The translations under genes were made by a program, and so were the position numbers. The notes under the pieces were generated by a model, which was not told the origin of the DNA, did not search any database, and saw nothing but the letters and a program-made list of their open reading frames with translations. Below are positions 54,659 through 64,000 of a stretch of DNA of 64,000 nucleotides, one piece after another. The stretch is from a virus. The stretch covers positions 40,627 through 104,626 of the IMG/VR virus record IMGVR_UViG_3300021963_000057. One strand, given 5' to 3'. Each line of letters begins with the position of its first letter. Position 1 is the stretch's first letter.

Positions 54659-55176
54659 CAGAAGAACAAGAAGTTACAAAAGAACGCACTGGTTGGATTA
54701 TCACATTTTTGGCTGCACTACTGGCCATCACATCACTTTTAGATGGTGGTAATTCATCACAAATTTTGGATAATACAATCGAAGCAAACAATGTTTGGTC
54801 GTTCTATCAAGCAAAAAGTATTAAACAATCGTTAGCTGAAATATCATATGATAATGCAGTTCGTAATGGTGACAAGAAAAAGGCTGAAGTTATGAAAGCC
54901 AAAATTGCACGTTATGAATCAGAACCTTCAACTGGTGAAGGTAAAAAGGAATTGTTGGAAAAGGCTCGTGCAATTGAAGCAGAGAGAGCAGAAGCGGAAC
55001 TAAGAAGTCCGTGGTACACATACTCAAATGCTTTCTATCAAATTGCAATTGTTATATTAGCTGCATCTATGTTGACATTGAGTAAGAGAATGTATTGGAT
55101 CGGCATCGGCCTCGGTGTTTTTGCAGTATTGTTGATGACTCAAGGTGCTTTGTTATGGTTACCGATAACATTATAA
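54655..55176 (+). CDS. DUF4337-like membrane protein
   Basis: WSFYQAKSIK, QIAIVILAA. Confidence 0.7.
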   Translation: MTEEQEVTKERTGWIITFLAALLAITSLLDGGNSSQILDNTIEANNVWSFYQAKSIKQSLAEISYDNAVRNGDKKKAEVMKAKIARYESEPSTGEGKKELLEKARAIEAERAEAELRSPWYTYSNAFYQIAIVILAASMLTLSKRMYWIGIGLGVFAVLLMTQGALLWLPITL

Positions 55177-55185
55177 GGACTGAAA

Positions 55186-55809
55186 ATGGAATTAACAAAA
55201 GAACAATTAAAACAATTACTTCCAAAAAACCCATACATTGACCACTGGCACCATGCCTTGTCAATTTTATTACCTGATTATGAAATCAATACACCTCAGA
55301 GAATGGCGGCTTTCATAGCACAATGTGCTCATGAGTCTGGTGGTTTCATGGTTCTCAAAGAGAATCTAAATTACAAAGCAGCATCACTACGCAAGTTATT
55401 TGGTAAGTATTTTCCAACAGATGAACTTGCACAACAATATGCATCAAAACCAAACAAACAAGAAGCAATTGCAAACCGCATCTATGCATCACGTATGGGT
55501 AATGGTGATGAATCTTCTGGTGATGGTTACAAGTTTTGTGGTCGTGGTTTGATTCAATTGACTGGTCGTGACAACTATACTTTTTTTGCAGGTTCACTAG
55601 GCATCTCTGTTGAGGAAGCATCTGAGTATCTACAAACATTTGAAGGTGCAGCACAATCAGCATGTTGGTTTTGGGAAACAAATAACTTGAACCAATGGGC
55701 AGACAAAGGTGATATCGTTACATTAACAAAACGCATCAATGGTGGTACCATTGGACTTGAGGATCGTATTAAACATTATGAACATGCACTTCACGTTTTT
55801 GGAGTGTAA
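55186..55809 (+). CDS. Glycoside hydrolase family 19 endolysin
   Basis: AQCAHESGG, GRGLIQLTG, TKRINGGTIGL. Confidence 0.95.
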   Translation: MELTKEQLKQLLPKNPYIDHWHHALSILLPDYEINTPQRMAAFIAQCAHESGGFMVLKENLNYKAASLRKLFGKYFPTDELAQQYASKPNKQEAIANRIYASRMGNGDESSGDGYKFCGRGLIQLTGRDNYTFFAGSLGISVEEASEYLQTFEGAAQSACWFWETNNLNQWADKGDIVTLTKRINGGTIGLEDRIKHYEHALHVFGV

Positions 55810-55811
55810 TC

Positions 55812-56087
55812 ATGTCTGATAGAAAACTATTATATGTAGCAGTTGCAATGCTGCTTTTACCATTATCATTAGCCTTTTTTGGTGGTGATAGATTCCGTTA
55901 TCCATGCCAGGATCCAGATAATTGGGACAAAGAGTTTTGTAAAATGCCGAAGTGTGATGTGACAAGAACTTGTCCTGAACACATTTTTAAAGGACAACGT
56001 GATCCAAGATTAGGACCAGATGTACCTAAGATTGCGACACCAGCACAATGTACTACACCAACACAAGGAGCGAATTGTGGAAAATAA
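55812..56087 (+). CDS. Exported Cys-rich small protein
   Basis: TM then RYPCQDP..C..C...CP. Confidence 0.7.
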   Translation: MSDRKLLYVAVAMLLLPLSLAFFGGDRFRYPCQDPDNWDKEFCKMPKCDVTRTCPEHIFKGQRDPRLGPDVPKIATPAQCTTPTQGANCGK

Positions 56088-56547
56088 TAATAATTTCATG
56101 TACACCGAAGAACAGTTGATGGCTCGACTGAAATTCTTTATTGGTATTTGTTTGGCATTAACATTGACAGGTATTGTATTTGTTGTGTTATACTCCATCA
56201 TCTTTGTAACTCAACCATTAAATGCTATCAGTCCAATTGACCAAAAGTTTTTTGAGTTAATTATTCCGATTGCAACATTTTTAACTGGTACTTTATCTGG
56301 TATTATGTTGGCTGGTAACGATAAAGACCTGAGAGCAAAAGCACTAGAAGCAGCCAATAAACCTCCAGTAGTTTCAGGACCACCACCAAATGCGCCTTCA
56401 ACAAATACACCAAGCAACAATGTTACATTTGGAACGTCAACGCCAAATGCAACAACACCACAAGCAGCAGCTGCACCAACAGCACAAGTCATCACAGGCT
56501 TTGGCGGCAAACCAGCACCTGCACCAGCCCCACAACCAGAAATCTAA
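56077..56547 (+). CDS. Two-TM membrane protein (holin candidate)
   Basis: GTG after AAGGAG; 2 TMs, Pro-rich tail; lysis module. Confidence 0.55.
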   Translation: MENNNNFMYTEEQLMARLKFFIGICLALTLTGIVFVVLYSIIFVTQPLNAISPIDQKFFELIIPIATFLTGTLSGIMLAGNDKDLRAKALEAANKPPVVSGPPPNAPSTNTPSNNVTFGTSTPNATTPQAAAAPTAQVITGFGGKPAPAPAPQPEI

Positions 56548-56551
56548 ATAA

Positions 56552-56770
56552 ATGAACTTCTTAACAAGTATGTTAACGGATGGTGTCAATGGCACCATTT
56601 CAAGCAAAAGAGTAGTTACACTATCAGCTTTCTTATTGTGTGCTTTAGCATTTGTTTGTGAACTTATATATGGGCTTGATGTGAAACGAGAAACTTTTGA
56701 TTCAATGATGTATATTGTGATTGCGGGTTTGGGTTTTACAGCTTCGGAAAAATTTACCAAAAAGGATTAA
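56552..56770 (+). CDS. Small two-TM protein (holin candidate)
   Basis: SSKR..2 TMs..EKFTKK. Confidence 0.55.
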   Translation: MNFLTSMLTDGVNGTISSKRVVTLSAFLLCALAFVCELIYGLDVKRETFDSMMYIVIAGLGFTASEKFTKKD

Positions 56771-56772
56771 AA

Positions 56773-56970
56773 ATGAAAAAGATTTTATTGGCCGTTGGCC
56801 TATGTGTATCATTGTTTGCACATTCAGCAGAAACAACTAAAGTGTGTGTTGATGTTAAAGACAAAGCAGGTCAAGTTGTTAAGGACAAAAAAGGTAATGT
56901 GAAACAAAATTGCAAAGAAATGAAAGTCCATAAAAAACTTGATGGCACGAAAGTACCTGAGAAAAAATAA
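56773..56970 (+). CDS. Small secreted basic protein
   Basis: Signal peptide AHSA, two Cys in mature part. Confidence 0.65.
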   Translation: MKKILLAVGLCVSLFAHSAETTKVCVDVKDKAGQVVKDKKGNVKQNCKEMKVHKKLDGTKVPEKK

Positions 56971-57278
56971 TGTTAACAGTAACTGAGGCCGCCAACGAAC
57001 AGATAAAAGAAATTCTGTTGGGAGAACAATCAAAGTATGTTAGAGCCTTTGTAGAAGGCGGTGGTTGTTCTGGCTTCAATTATGGATTCATGTTGGATGA
57101 TGTGGTGAATGAGGATGATTTTCAGTTGTCAGAACATCTAATTGTAGATTCTATGAGTATGCAATATTTAACCGGTGCAACAATTGACTATAAGGTGGAA
57201 CTTATGGGTGCAAATTTTGTTGTAAACAATCCAAATGCCAAATCTACCTGTGGATGTGGCAGCAGTTTTAGTGTATAA
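56970..57278 (+). CDS. A-type Fe-S carrier (IscA/ErpA, HesB family)
   Basis: [23 protein letters not shown]. Confidence 0.95.
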   Translation: MLTVTEAANEQIKEILLGEQSKYVRAFVEGGGCSGFNYGFMLDDVVNEDDFQLSEHLIVDSMSMQYLTGATIDYKVELMGANFVVNNPNAKSTCGCGSSFSV

Positions 57279-57289
57279 GAAAGAAATAA

Positions 57290-57592
57290 ATGGCAACCAC
57301 AGTAGAAAGAATCGGCATCGTTGAAACTAAGGTAGAGAACCTTAGTGAAAAAATGGATGAATTAAAGGTTGATGTTAAAGAGATGCATGATTGCCTTGAT
57401 AAAACAAGGGACGGTTTACTGGAAAAATTGGATGAAATGTATGGTGCATCATGTGCCCAACATGCCGAACTTGCCAAAAAGCTTGGTGAACTGGAAAAAG
57501 TCAGACAAAAGATTGTCTGGATGGTTGCCGGTGCCGTTGCGGTACTCGGAATACTTTCTGGTCACTTGAAAGAGATACTTGCATTTTTATGA
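57290..57592 (+). CDS. Coiled-coil protein with C-terminal TM
   Basis: Heptads plus hydrophobic tail. Confidence 0.7.
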   Translation: MATTVERIGIVETKVENLSEKMDELKVDVKEMHDCLDKTRDGLLEKLDEMYGASCAQHAELAKKLGELEKVRQKIVWMVAGAVAVLGILSGHLKEILAFL

Positions 57593-57639
57593 TAATTAGT
57601 GTATAATCTAGTTTCTTGTAAACTCCACACTATTTTGTT

Positions 57640-58653
57640 ATGTCCGTTTTTATTGATAGAACCTTTTTGCTGAGGGTATCCCCGAAGCTTCAAAAATTCA
57701 CACAGAAGAAAGATAACCTGTATAATTTCAGGTGTCCACTCTGTGGCGATTCAAGCAAGAACAAAACCAAAGCCCGTGGTTATGTTTACGAAAAAAAGAA
57801 CAACTATTTCTATATGTGCCACAATTGTGGTGCATCCACTTCCTTTTACAATTTCCTGGAGAAGGTAGATTCAACCCTAGTTAAAGAATATGCACTTGAG
57901 AGGTATAAAAATGGTGAGCAAGGCCGTGATAACTACGTCAAACCGACTTTCGAGGAACTTCACACGGAAGTACCTAAATTTAAGAGGTCTTTGGGAATCC
58001 CATCGGTCCACTCTCTACCAGAAGAACATTATGCTAAAGTGTATGTTAAGTCACGCAAAATACCCGAGAGATTTCATTCGGATTTATACTTTGCAGAAGA
58101 TTTCAAGAGTTTCGTGGAATCGCTCAAAATTGAAAAAGAAGGACTCAAAGAGGATGATCCACGGCTTGTAATTCCTTTCTATGACGAAGATAAGAACCTT
58201 GTGGCATTTCAAGGTCGTGCTTTAGGTGAATCTAAACTAAGATATATCACCGTAAAGACAGACAAAGATAATCACAAGTTATTCGGGACTGACCGGATCG
58301 ACACGGAACAGATGATTTATGTTGTGGAAGGTCCTATTGACTCTATGTTCTTGGAGAATGCCGTAGCGACTGCGGATTCTAATCTGATGGCTGCATCCAA
58401 ACACTTTGATAAGTCTAAAATTGTCTTGGTGTATGATAATGAACCACGGAACAAAGAACTACATAAACAGATGGACAAGGCTATCGAGGAACACTACAAC
58501 GTGGTAATCTGGCCAGAAATGATTGAAGAAAAAGATATAAATGACATGGTTTTGAATGGATTCTCACCAGATGAAATTCAAGATATCATAAGTAAACATA
58601 CCTTTGTGAATTTGAGAGCAAAGATGGAATTTATTAATTGGAAAAAAACTTGA
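57640..58653 (+). CDS. gp61: DNA primase
   Basis: CPLCGDS, CHNC, EGPIDS, DNEPRN, KDIND. Confidence 0.97.
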   Translation: MSVFIDRTFLLRVSPKLQKFTQKKDNLYNFRCPLCGDSSKNKTKARGYVYEKKNNYFYMCHNCGASTSFYNFLEKVDSTLVKEYALERYKNGEQGRDNYVKPTFEELHTEVPKFKRSLGIPSVHSLPEEHYAKVYVKSRKIPERFHSDLYFAEDFKSFVESLKIEKEGLKEDDPRLVIPFYDEDKNLVAFQGRALGESKLRYITVKTDKDNHKLFGTDRIDTEQMIYVVEGPIDSMFLENAVATADSNLMAASKHFDKSKIVLVYDNEPRNKELHKQMDKAIEEHYNVVIWPEMIEEKDINDMVLNGFSPDEIQDIISKHTFVNLRAKMEFINWKKT

Positions 58654-58668
58654 AATGGAGATTTTGTT

Positions 58669-59319
58669 ATGCAGGTAAAATTAATATCATACACACAGGG
58701 AACAGACGGTAAGAATTTGTTAGAACAGGTTGCTTTTGCAGCCAGAGTCTCAAATCCTGCCAATCAAAATAATACCGAAACATCTGAAAAGTTAGTTCGG
58801 TATCTTATCAAAAATCAACATTGGTCACCACTAGAAATGGTGAGTATTTGTTTAGAGATAGACACTACAAGAGATATTGCAAGACAGATTTTAAGGCATC
58901 GTTCTTTTTCCTTTCAGGAATTTAGTCAGCGGTATGCTGATGCGTCCCAATTAGGATTTGAAATGAAAGAAGCAAGACTACAAGACTTAAAGAATCGTCA
59001 GAATAGTATTGCTACTGATAATCTTGCATTACAGGCCTGGTGGGAAGAACGCCAAAAGAGAGTTATTGAAGAATGTAAAAATGCTTATGAATGGGCATTA
59101 ACGAATGGTATTGCTAAAGAACAAGCGAGAGCAGTTCTACCGGAAGGTATGACCGGTTCACGTTTGTATATGAACGGAACGCTTCGTAGTTGGGTTCACT
59201 ATATACAACTCCGTAGCGCAAACGGAACACAGAAAGAACATCAAGATGTTGCATTAGCCTGTGCTGATGCCATTGAGCCAATTTTCCCTATGATTAAGGA
59301 GTACACCAATGGACAGTAA
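58669..59319 (+). CDS. thyX: Flavin-dependent thymidylate synthase
   Basis: HWSPLE, RHRSFSFQEFSQRY. Confidence 0.97.
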   Translation: MQVKLISYTQGTDGKNLLEQVAFAARVSNPANQNNTETSEKLVRYLIKNQHWSPLEMVSICLEIDTTRDIARQILRHRSFSFQEFSQRYADASQLGFEMKEARLQDLKNRQNSIATDNLALQAWWEERQKRVIEECKNAYEWALTNGIAKEQARAVLPEGMTGSRLYMNGTLRSWVHYIQLRSANGTQKEHQDVALACADAIEPIFPMIKEYTNGQ

Positions 59320-59668
59320 GAATGATGTAAGAATCTTTATGGATGCATGTGACCAAAAAGCAAGAGATTTCGGTCCACAAGCAGAACTCTACATGGACTT
59401 GATTATGGAAGAATTTAAGGAACTCGTTACTGCTTATGGCAGTCGGAACCTTGTAGAAATTGCAGACGCAACTGCGGATTTAAAATGGGTCATTGAAGGC
59501 CTTGAACACACACTCAACATTCCACAACAAGAAGTTTGGGACGAAGTTGCACGTAGCAATTTGGCCAAAATTTCTGAAGGTGGAAAAGTATTAAAAAGAG
59601 AAGATGGCAAAGTGTTAAAACCAGAAGGTTGGACGCCACCTAATATTAAAGCAATTATAAGAAAGTAA
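59309..59668 (+). CDS. MazG-like NTP pyrophosphohydrolase
   Basis: EEFKE, EIADATADL, SNLAK, DGKVLKP. Confidence 0.88.
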   Translation: MDSKNDVRIFMDACDQKARDFGPQAELYMDLIMEEFKELVTAYGSRNLVEIADATADLKWVIEGLEHTLNIPQQEVWDEVARSNLAKISEGGKVLKREDGKVLKPEGWTPPNIKAIIRK

Positions 59669-59672
59669 AAAT

Positions 59673-61463
59673 ATGGAATACATGGGTGTCAAAATAGACT
59701 TAGAAAAAGATAAACTATTTGATGAATTAGGAATCAAAAGATTACAAGAATCTTATATGCGTGATGATGAAACATCACCACAACAGAGGTTTGCATATGT
59801 ATCATCGTCATTTGGAAGTAATACTGAACATTCTCAGCGCCTTTACAATTACGCCTCTAATCATTGGCTTAGTTATAGTACTCCAATTCTTAGCTACGGT
59901 CGTTCTAAGCGTGGGATGCCTATTTCATGCTTTCTTAACTATATTGAAGACACTGCGGAGGGTCTAGTTGATAATCTTAGCGAAACTAATTGGCTTTCTA
60001 TGCTTGGCGGTGGTGTTGGTATTGGCTTTGGTATACGTAGTGCAGACGACAAGAGTACTGGCGTTATGCCGCACCTCAAAATTTACGATGCTTCATCTCT
60101 TGCTTATCGTCAGGGTCGTACTCGCCGTGGAAGTTATGCTGCTTATCTTGATATCAGTCATCCCGATATTATACCATTTTTAGAAATGCGTAAACCAACA
60201 GGTGACCCCAACGTGCGTTGTCTGAATCTACATCATGGTATTAACATCACTGATAATTTTATGCACTTGATTGAAAACTGTATGTTGGATCCAGAAGCCG
60301 ATGATTCATGGCCTTTGATTGATCCAAAGTCGGGAGAAGTAAGAGAAACAGTTTCTGCCAAACATCTATGGCAACAAATCTTGGAATTGCGTATGCACAC
60401 AGGTGAACCTTACATTCACTTCATTGATACCAGTAACAATATGTTACCACAATTCTTAAAAGATAAAGGATTGAAAATTCATCAATCAAATCTTTGTTCT
60501 GAAATTATTTTACCAACAAATGAAGAAAGAACAGCTGTATGTTGCCTATCATCTTTAAATTTGGAGTACTATGATGAATGGAAGAATGACTCTTTATTCC
60601 TTAGGGATGTTGCTGAAATGCTCGATAACGTTCTGGAGTTTTTTATTACTAATGCACCTGATACCATTTCCAGGGCTATATACTCTGCTAGCCGTGAGCG
60701 TTCTATTGGCATTGGTGCCTTAGGATTCCATGCATATTTACAGAAAAACAATATTGCATTTGAAGGTGTGATGGCCAAGGTTGCCAACAATCAAATTTTT
60801 AAACACATCAGAGAAAGGCTAAATGATGCCAATCAATATCTCGGAAAAACTAGAGGTGAGGCTCCTGATGCTGCTGGCACTGGCCAGCGGTTCAGTCACC
60901 TTATGGCTATTGCTCCAAATGCTTCTTCGTCTATCATTATGGGAAATACTAGCCCTAGCGTTGAGCCTTATCGTGCTAATGCGTACCGTCAAGATACTCT
61001 TTCGGGAGCTTTTCTAAACAAGAATAAGTATCTAGACAAAATCATTCAGAAACACGCTGAGATTCATCCCGAAGGATGGGCAGATGAAGTATGGAGTAGT
61101 ATCATTGCAAATGATGGTTCTGCACAACATTTAGAATGGTTGGATGAAAATGAGAGAGCAGTATTCAAAACATCCATGGAAATCGACCAACGTTGGGTTA
61201 TTGAGTTGGCTGCTGACCGCCAACACTATATTGACCAAGCACAATCATTGAATTTGTTCTTCCGTCCAGATGCACACATTAAATACATTCACGCCATTCA
61301 TTTCATGGCATGGAAAAAAGGATTAAAAACTCTTTACTATTGCCGTTCAGAAAAAATTGGTAAGGCCGACAAAGTTTCCAAGAAAATTGAACGTCAAGTG
61401 ATTAAAGAATTGGACATGGTCCAAGTAGCACAAGGAAATGATTGTATCGCATGTGAAGGATAA
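59673..61463 (+). CDS. nrdA: Ribonucleotide reductase class I alpha subunit
   Basis: ISCF, SNLCSEI, IAPNASSS, TLYY, C-terminal CIACEG. Confidence 0.97.
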   Translation: MEYMGVKIDLEKDKLFDELGIKRLQESYMRDDETSPQQRFAYVSSSFGSNTEHSQRLYNYASNHWLSYSTPILSYGRSKRGMPISCFLNYIEDTAEGLVDNLSETNWLSMLGGGVGIGFGIRSADDKSTGVMPHLKIYDASSLAYRQGRTRRGSYAAYLDISHPDIIPFLEMRKPTGDPNVRCLNLHHGINITDNFMHLIENCMLDPEADDSWPLIDPKSGEVRETVSAKHLWQQILELRMHTGEPYIHFIDTSNNMLPQFLKDKGLKIHQSNLCSEIILPTNEERTAVCCLSSLNLEYYDEWKNDSLFLRDVAEMLDNVLEFFITNAPDTISRAIYSASRERSIGIGALGFHAYLQKNNIAFEGVMAKVANNQIFKHIRERLNDANQYLGKTRGEAPDAAGTGQRFSHLMAIAPNASSSIIMGNTSPSVEPYRANAYRQDTLSGAFLNKNKYLDKIIQKHAEIHPEGWADEVWSSIIANDGSAQHLEWLDENERAVFKTSMEIDQRWVIELAADRQHYIDQAQSLNLFFRPDAHIKYIHAIHFMAWKKGLKTLYYCRSEKIGKADKVSKKIERQVIKELDMVQVAQGNDCIACEG

Positions 61464-61464
61464 A

Positions 61465-61707
61465 ATGTTAGATTATATCGTAACATTTTTAGCAATCGCA
61501 ATTTTGGATGTTGTTTATACGTACTACTTAAGATGTGTGCAAAACAATCAAGCAATGGCTGCAAGTTTATGGGCTGTTGCTTGTTATGTCTTAGGTAGTA
61601 TTGCTGTTATTAATTATACGCAAAATAATTGGTTAATGTTACCTGCAATGGCAGGAGCATTTTTTGGAACATATGTCGGAATGATACTAAAAAGAAATGA
61701 CAAATGA
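61465..61707 (+). CDS. Small membrane protein
   Basis: Three hydrophobic segments. Confidence 0.65.
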   Translation: MLDYIVTFLAIAILDVVYTYYLRCVQNNQAMAASLWAVACYVLGSIAVINYTQNNWLMLPAMAGAFFGTYVGMILKRNDK

Positions 61708-62342
61708 AACCTACAATCGCTTTATTCTTACACCAACCAAAATGTTCAGTGCAATCTGGCAACGGAATAATTAAAGCACTAGAATCACATTATAATTTTA
61801 AAATATTCACAAGACACGAACTGGAAAATGACTTCTTTGATAATGTCGATATTGTTGCTTTTCCTGGCGGTTTGGGTGACAGCGATAGTTTTGATTATTT
61901 GTTTAAAGATAATTGTAACCGCATTTCTGATTTTTTTCATAATGGCGGTCGTTACCTGGGAATTTGTATGGGTGCTTATTGGGCTGGCAATCACTATTTT
62001 AATTTTTTGGATAATGTGAGTGTTGAACAATACATAACAAGACCAAATACAGACACACGTAGGCCTCATGCAAAAAACTTAAAGGTTGAGTGGCTAGGTA
62101 AAGAAGAAAAAATGTTCTTTTATGATGGTTGTGCTTTTGGTCCAGGTCAGTATGATATAATTGCAAAGTATATGAATGATGATCCAATGGCTATTATTCA
62201 AAATAGAGTGGGATTAATTGGTTGTCATCCTGAAAGTCAACCACATTGGTATGAGTCTTATAGTTGGATGAAAGGCCACTATCATGATGGCAAACAACAC
62301 AAATTATTATTAAATTTTGTAAACGAATTAATGGAGAGATAA
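61704..62342 (+). CDS. Class I glutamine amidotransferase-like (BPL_N-type) protein
   Basis: FPGG, YLGICMGAY, HPE triad. Confidence 0.8.
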   Translation: MKPTIALFLHQPKCSVQSGNGIIKALESHYNFKIFTRHELENDFFDNVDIVAFPGGLGDSDSFDYLFKDNCNRISDFFHNGGRYLGICMGAYWAGNHYFNFLDNVSVEQYITRPNTDTRRPHAKNLKVEWLGKEEKMFFYDGCAFGPGQYDIIAKYMNDDPMAIIQNRVGLIGCHPESQPHWYESYSWMKGHYHDGKQHKLLLNFVNELMER

Positions 62343-62585
62343 ATGAAGATATTAAGATTTACCGCATCATGGTGCCAACCATGCAAATCATTGGCAAAGA
62401 ATTTAGAAGAAGCAAACTTATCACTACCAATTGAGGTGGTTGATATTGATGTTCAATCTGATATTGCAGTTGAGTATGGTATTCGTGGTGTACCAACCTT
62501 GGTGTTGACTGATGGCACAGTTGAAATTAAACGCTTAGTTGGTTCTAAGACTGTCACAGAATTAAAAGAATGGGCAACAACATGA
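62343..62585 (+). CDS. Thioredoxin
   Basis: WCQPC, GVPT. Confidence 0.93.
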   Translation: MKILRFTASWCQPCKSLAKNLEEANLSLPIEVVDIDVQSDIAVEYGIRGVPTLVLTDGTVEIKRLVGSKTVTELKEWATT

Positions 62586-63568
62586 TTAAGAAAGTCGATT
62601 CTAGACTTACAGATGAAAGAAACAGTTTCAAACCTTTCAACTATCCATGGGCATATGATGCTTGGCTAAAACATGAACAGTCGCATTGGCTCCACACAGA
62701 AGTTCCAATGATGGAAGACGTTAAAGATTGGAAGAAAAAACTAACTAAAGAAGAAAAACAATTTCTTACACACATCTTCCGTTTCTTCACACAAGGTGAT
62801 ATTGACGTTGCTGGTGGTTATGTGAAGAATTATCTTCCATACTTTCCTCAACCAGAAGTTCGTATGATGTTGTTAGGTTTTGCTGCTCGTGAAGCATTAC
62901 ACGTTGCTGCTTATTCACATTTAATCGAAACACTTGGTCTACCAGAAACAACATATAACCAATTCTTAGATTACCAAGAAATGAAAGACAAACATGATTA
63001 TGTGTTGGATATTTCTTCTAAGAATGGTGATGCCGCTTCAACTGCAACCCACATCGCCGTGTTCAGTGCTTTCACTGAAGGGATGCAGTTGTTCAGTTCT
63101 TTCATTATGTTATTAAACTTCCCTCGCATGGGTAAAATGAAAGGTATGGGACAAATCGTTACTTGGTCTATCGTTGATGAAACTATGCACGCTGAATCAA
63201 TGATTAAATTGTTTCGTACCTACATAGAAGAAAATAAAGAGATATGGAATGACGAACTCAAATCACGAATCTACACCATCGCCGAAAAAATGGTCGAACT
63301 GGAAGATAAGTTTATTGACCTCGCCTTTTCTATGGGCGCTATGGACGGTCTTTCTAGTGAAGATGTCAAAAAGTATATCCGTTATATTGCTGATAGGCGT
63401 CTTATATCTCTTGGCCTTAAGGGTATTTTTAAAGTAAAGAAGAACCCACTACCATGGGTTGAGGAAATGATTAACGCACCAACACACACCAACTTCTTTG
63501 AGAACCGTGCAACCGATTATGCCAAGGGTGCATTGTCTGGAGATTGGGGTGATGTGTGGGCACATTAA
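62582..63568 (+). CDS. nrdB: Ribonucleotide reductase class I beta subunit
   Basis: FFTQGD, EALHVAAY, EGMQLFSSF, DETMH, NFFENRATDY. Confidence 0.97.
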   Translation: MIKKVDSRLTDERNSFKPFNYPWAYDAWLKHEQSHWLHTEVPMMEDVKDWKKKLTKEEKQFLTHIFRFFTQGDIDVAGGYVKNYLPYFPQPEVRMMLLGFAAREALHVAAYSHLIETLGLPETTYNQFLDYQEMKDKHDYVLDISSKNGDAASTATHIAVFSAFTEGMQLFSSFIMLLNFPRMGKMKGMGQIVTWSIVDETMHAESMIKLFRTYIEENKEIWNDELKSRIYTIAEKMVELEDKFIDLAFSMGAMDGLSSEDVKKYIRYIADRRLISLGLKGIFKVKKNPLPWVEEMINAPTHTNFFENRATDYAKGALSGDWGDVWAH

Positions 63569-63577
63569 AGGAAAAAT

Positions 63578-63766
63578 ATGTCAACAAGAACAATAACAGC
63601 GGAGTGCAGTAGTTGTGAATCCAGCTACGATGTAATTTATATGGAAGAACTAGTATCAGAAGATTTACCAGAGTTTTGCCCTTTTTGTGGTGAACCCATT
63701 GATTCATTATCCGAAGATGAATATATAGAGGATGATGAACTTGATGATGATGATAAATGGGACTGA
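63578..63766 (+). CDS. Zinc-ribbon protein with acidic tail
   Basis: CSSC..CPFCG. Confidence 0.75.
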   Translation: MSTRTITAECSSCESSYDVIYMEELVSEDLPEFCPFCGEPIDSLSEDEYIEDDELDDDDKWD

Positions 63767-64000
63767 ATTGGACATATAAAAATAAAGACTTTACGGAAGA
63801 ATTGATTGGTGACAATTATGGATTTGTGTATCTTATAACCAACAATGTAACAAATAAAAAATACATTGGTAAGAAATTTTTCTACTCCTCAAAGACGAAA
63901 CAAGTAAAAGGTAAGAAGAAACGTTTCAAAGTTTCCTCAGACTGGCAAACTTACTACGGAAGTAATGAGGAATTGAAAAAAGATGTTATAATGCATGGAC
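63757..64000 (+). CDS. GIY-YIG endonuclease (3' truncated by window)
   Basis: MGLNWTY..GFVYLITN..KKYIGKK..YYGS. Confidence 0.85.
   Translation, partial: MGLNWTYKNKDFTEELIGDNYGFVYLITNNVTNKKYIGKKFFYSSKTKQVKGKKKRFKVSSDWQTYYGSNEELKKDVIMHG

Noticed and set aside
33532-63568. Introns or inteins in gp43, gp41, thyX, nrdA, nrdB
   Set aside because: ORFs are continuous, of expected size, with no intein motifs seen
1-64000. Stop-codon reassignment
   Set aside because: Core genes are full length in the standard code and no suppressor anticodon was found

Overview
This is a 64 kb segment of a large T4-like (myovirus-type) bacteriophage genome, almost entirely on the + strand. In order it holds: the head module (gp20 C-terminus, gp21, gp22, gp23, gp3); recombination, late-transcription and replication genes (uvsY, uvsW, gp55, gp47/46, gp45, gp44/62, regA, gp43, uvsX, gp41, gp61); host-like accessory genes (peptide deformylase, Hsp20, rubrerythrin plus rubredoxin, GroES, PBP7-like peptidase, IscA/ErpA); a glycosyl/methyltransferase cluster; a block of probable capsid-internal proteins; a lysis module; and nucleotide metabolism genes (thyX, nrdA/B, thioredoxin). 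The most unusual part is the 20.9-30.8 kb tRNA region. It has about 30 tRNA genes covering all 20 amino acids. Upstream of the main array is a leaderless 37-codon ORF containing all 20 amino acids, coupled to mutually exclusive antiterminator/terminator hairpins, which looks like a general tRNA-sensing attenuator. The array also has two rRNA-type boxA elements and five copies of an unannotated covarying RNA scaffold that carries tRNA parts (anticodon stem-loops, an acceptor-less tRNA-Lys, a circularly permuted tRNA-Ile). Two of the copies lie directly in front of a Ro60/TROVE-like DUF2828 gene, suggesting a Y-RNA-like tRNA-mimic system. Elsewhere there is a strong candidate programmed -1 frameshift (50312) and a probable overprinted gene (48752). 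All protein and RNA calls come from reading motifs by eye; no database searches were run.
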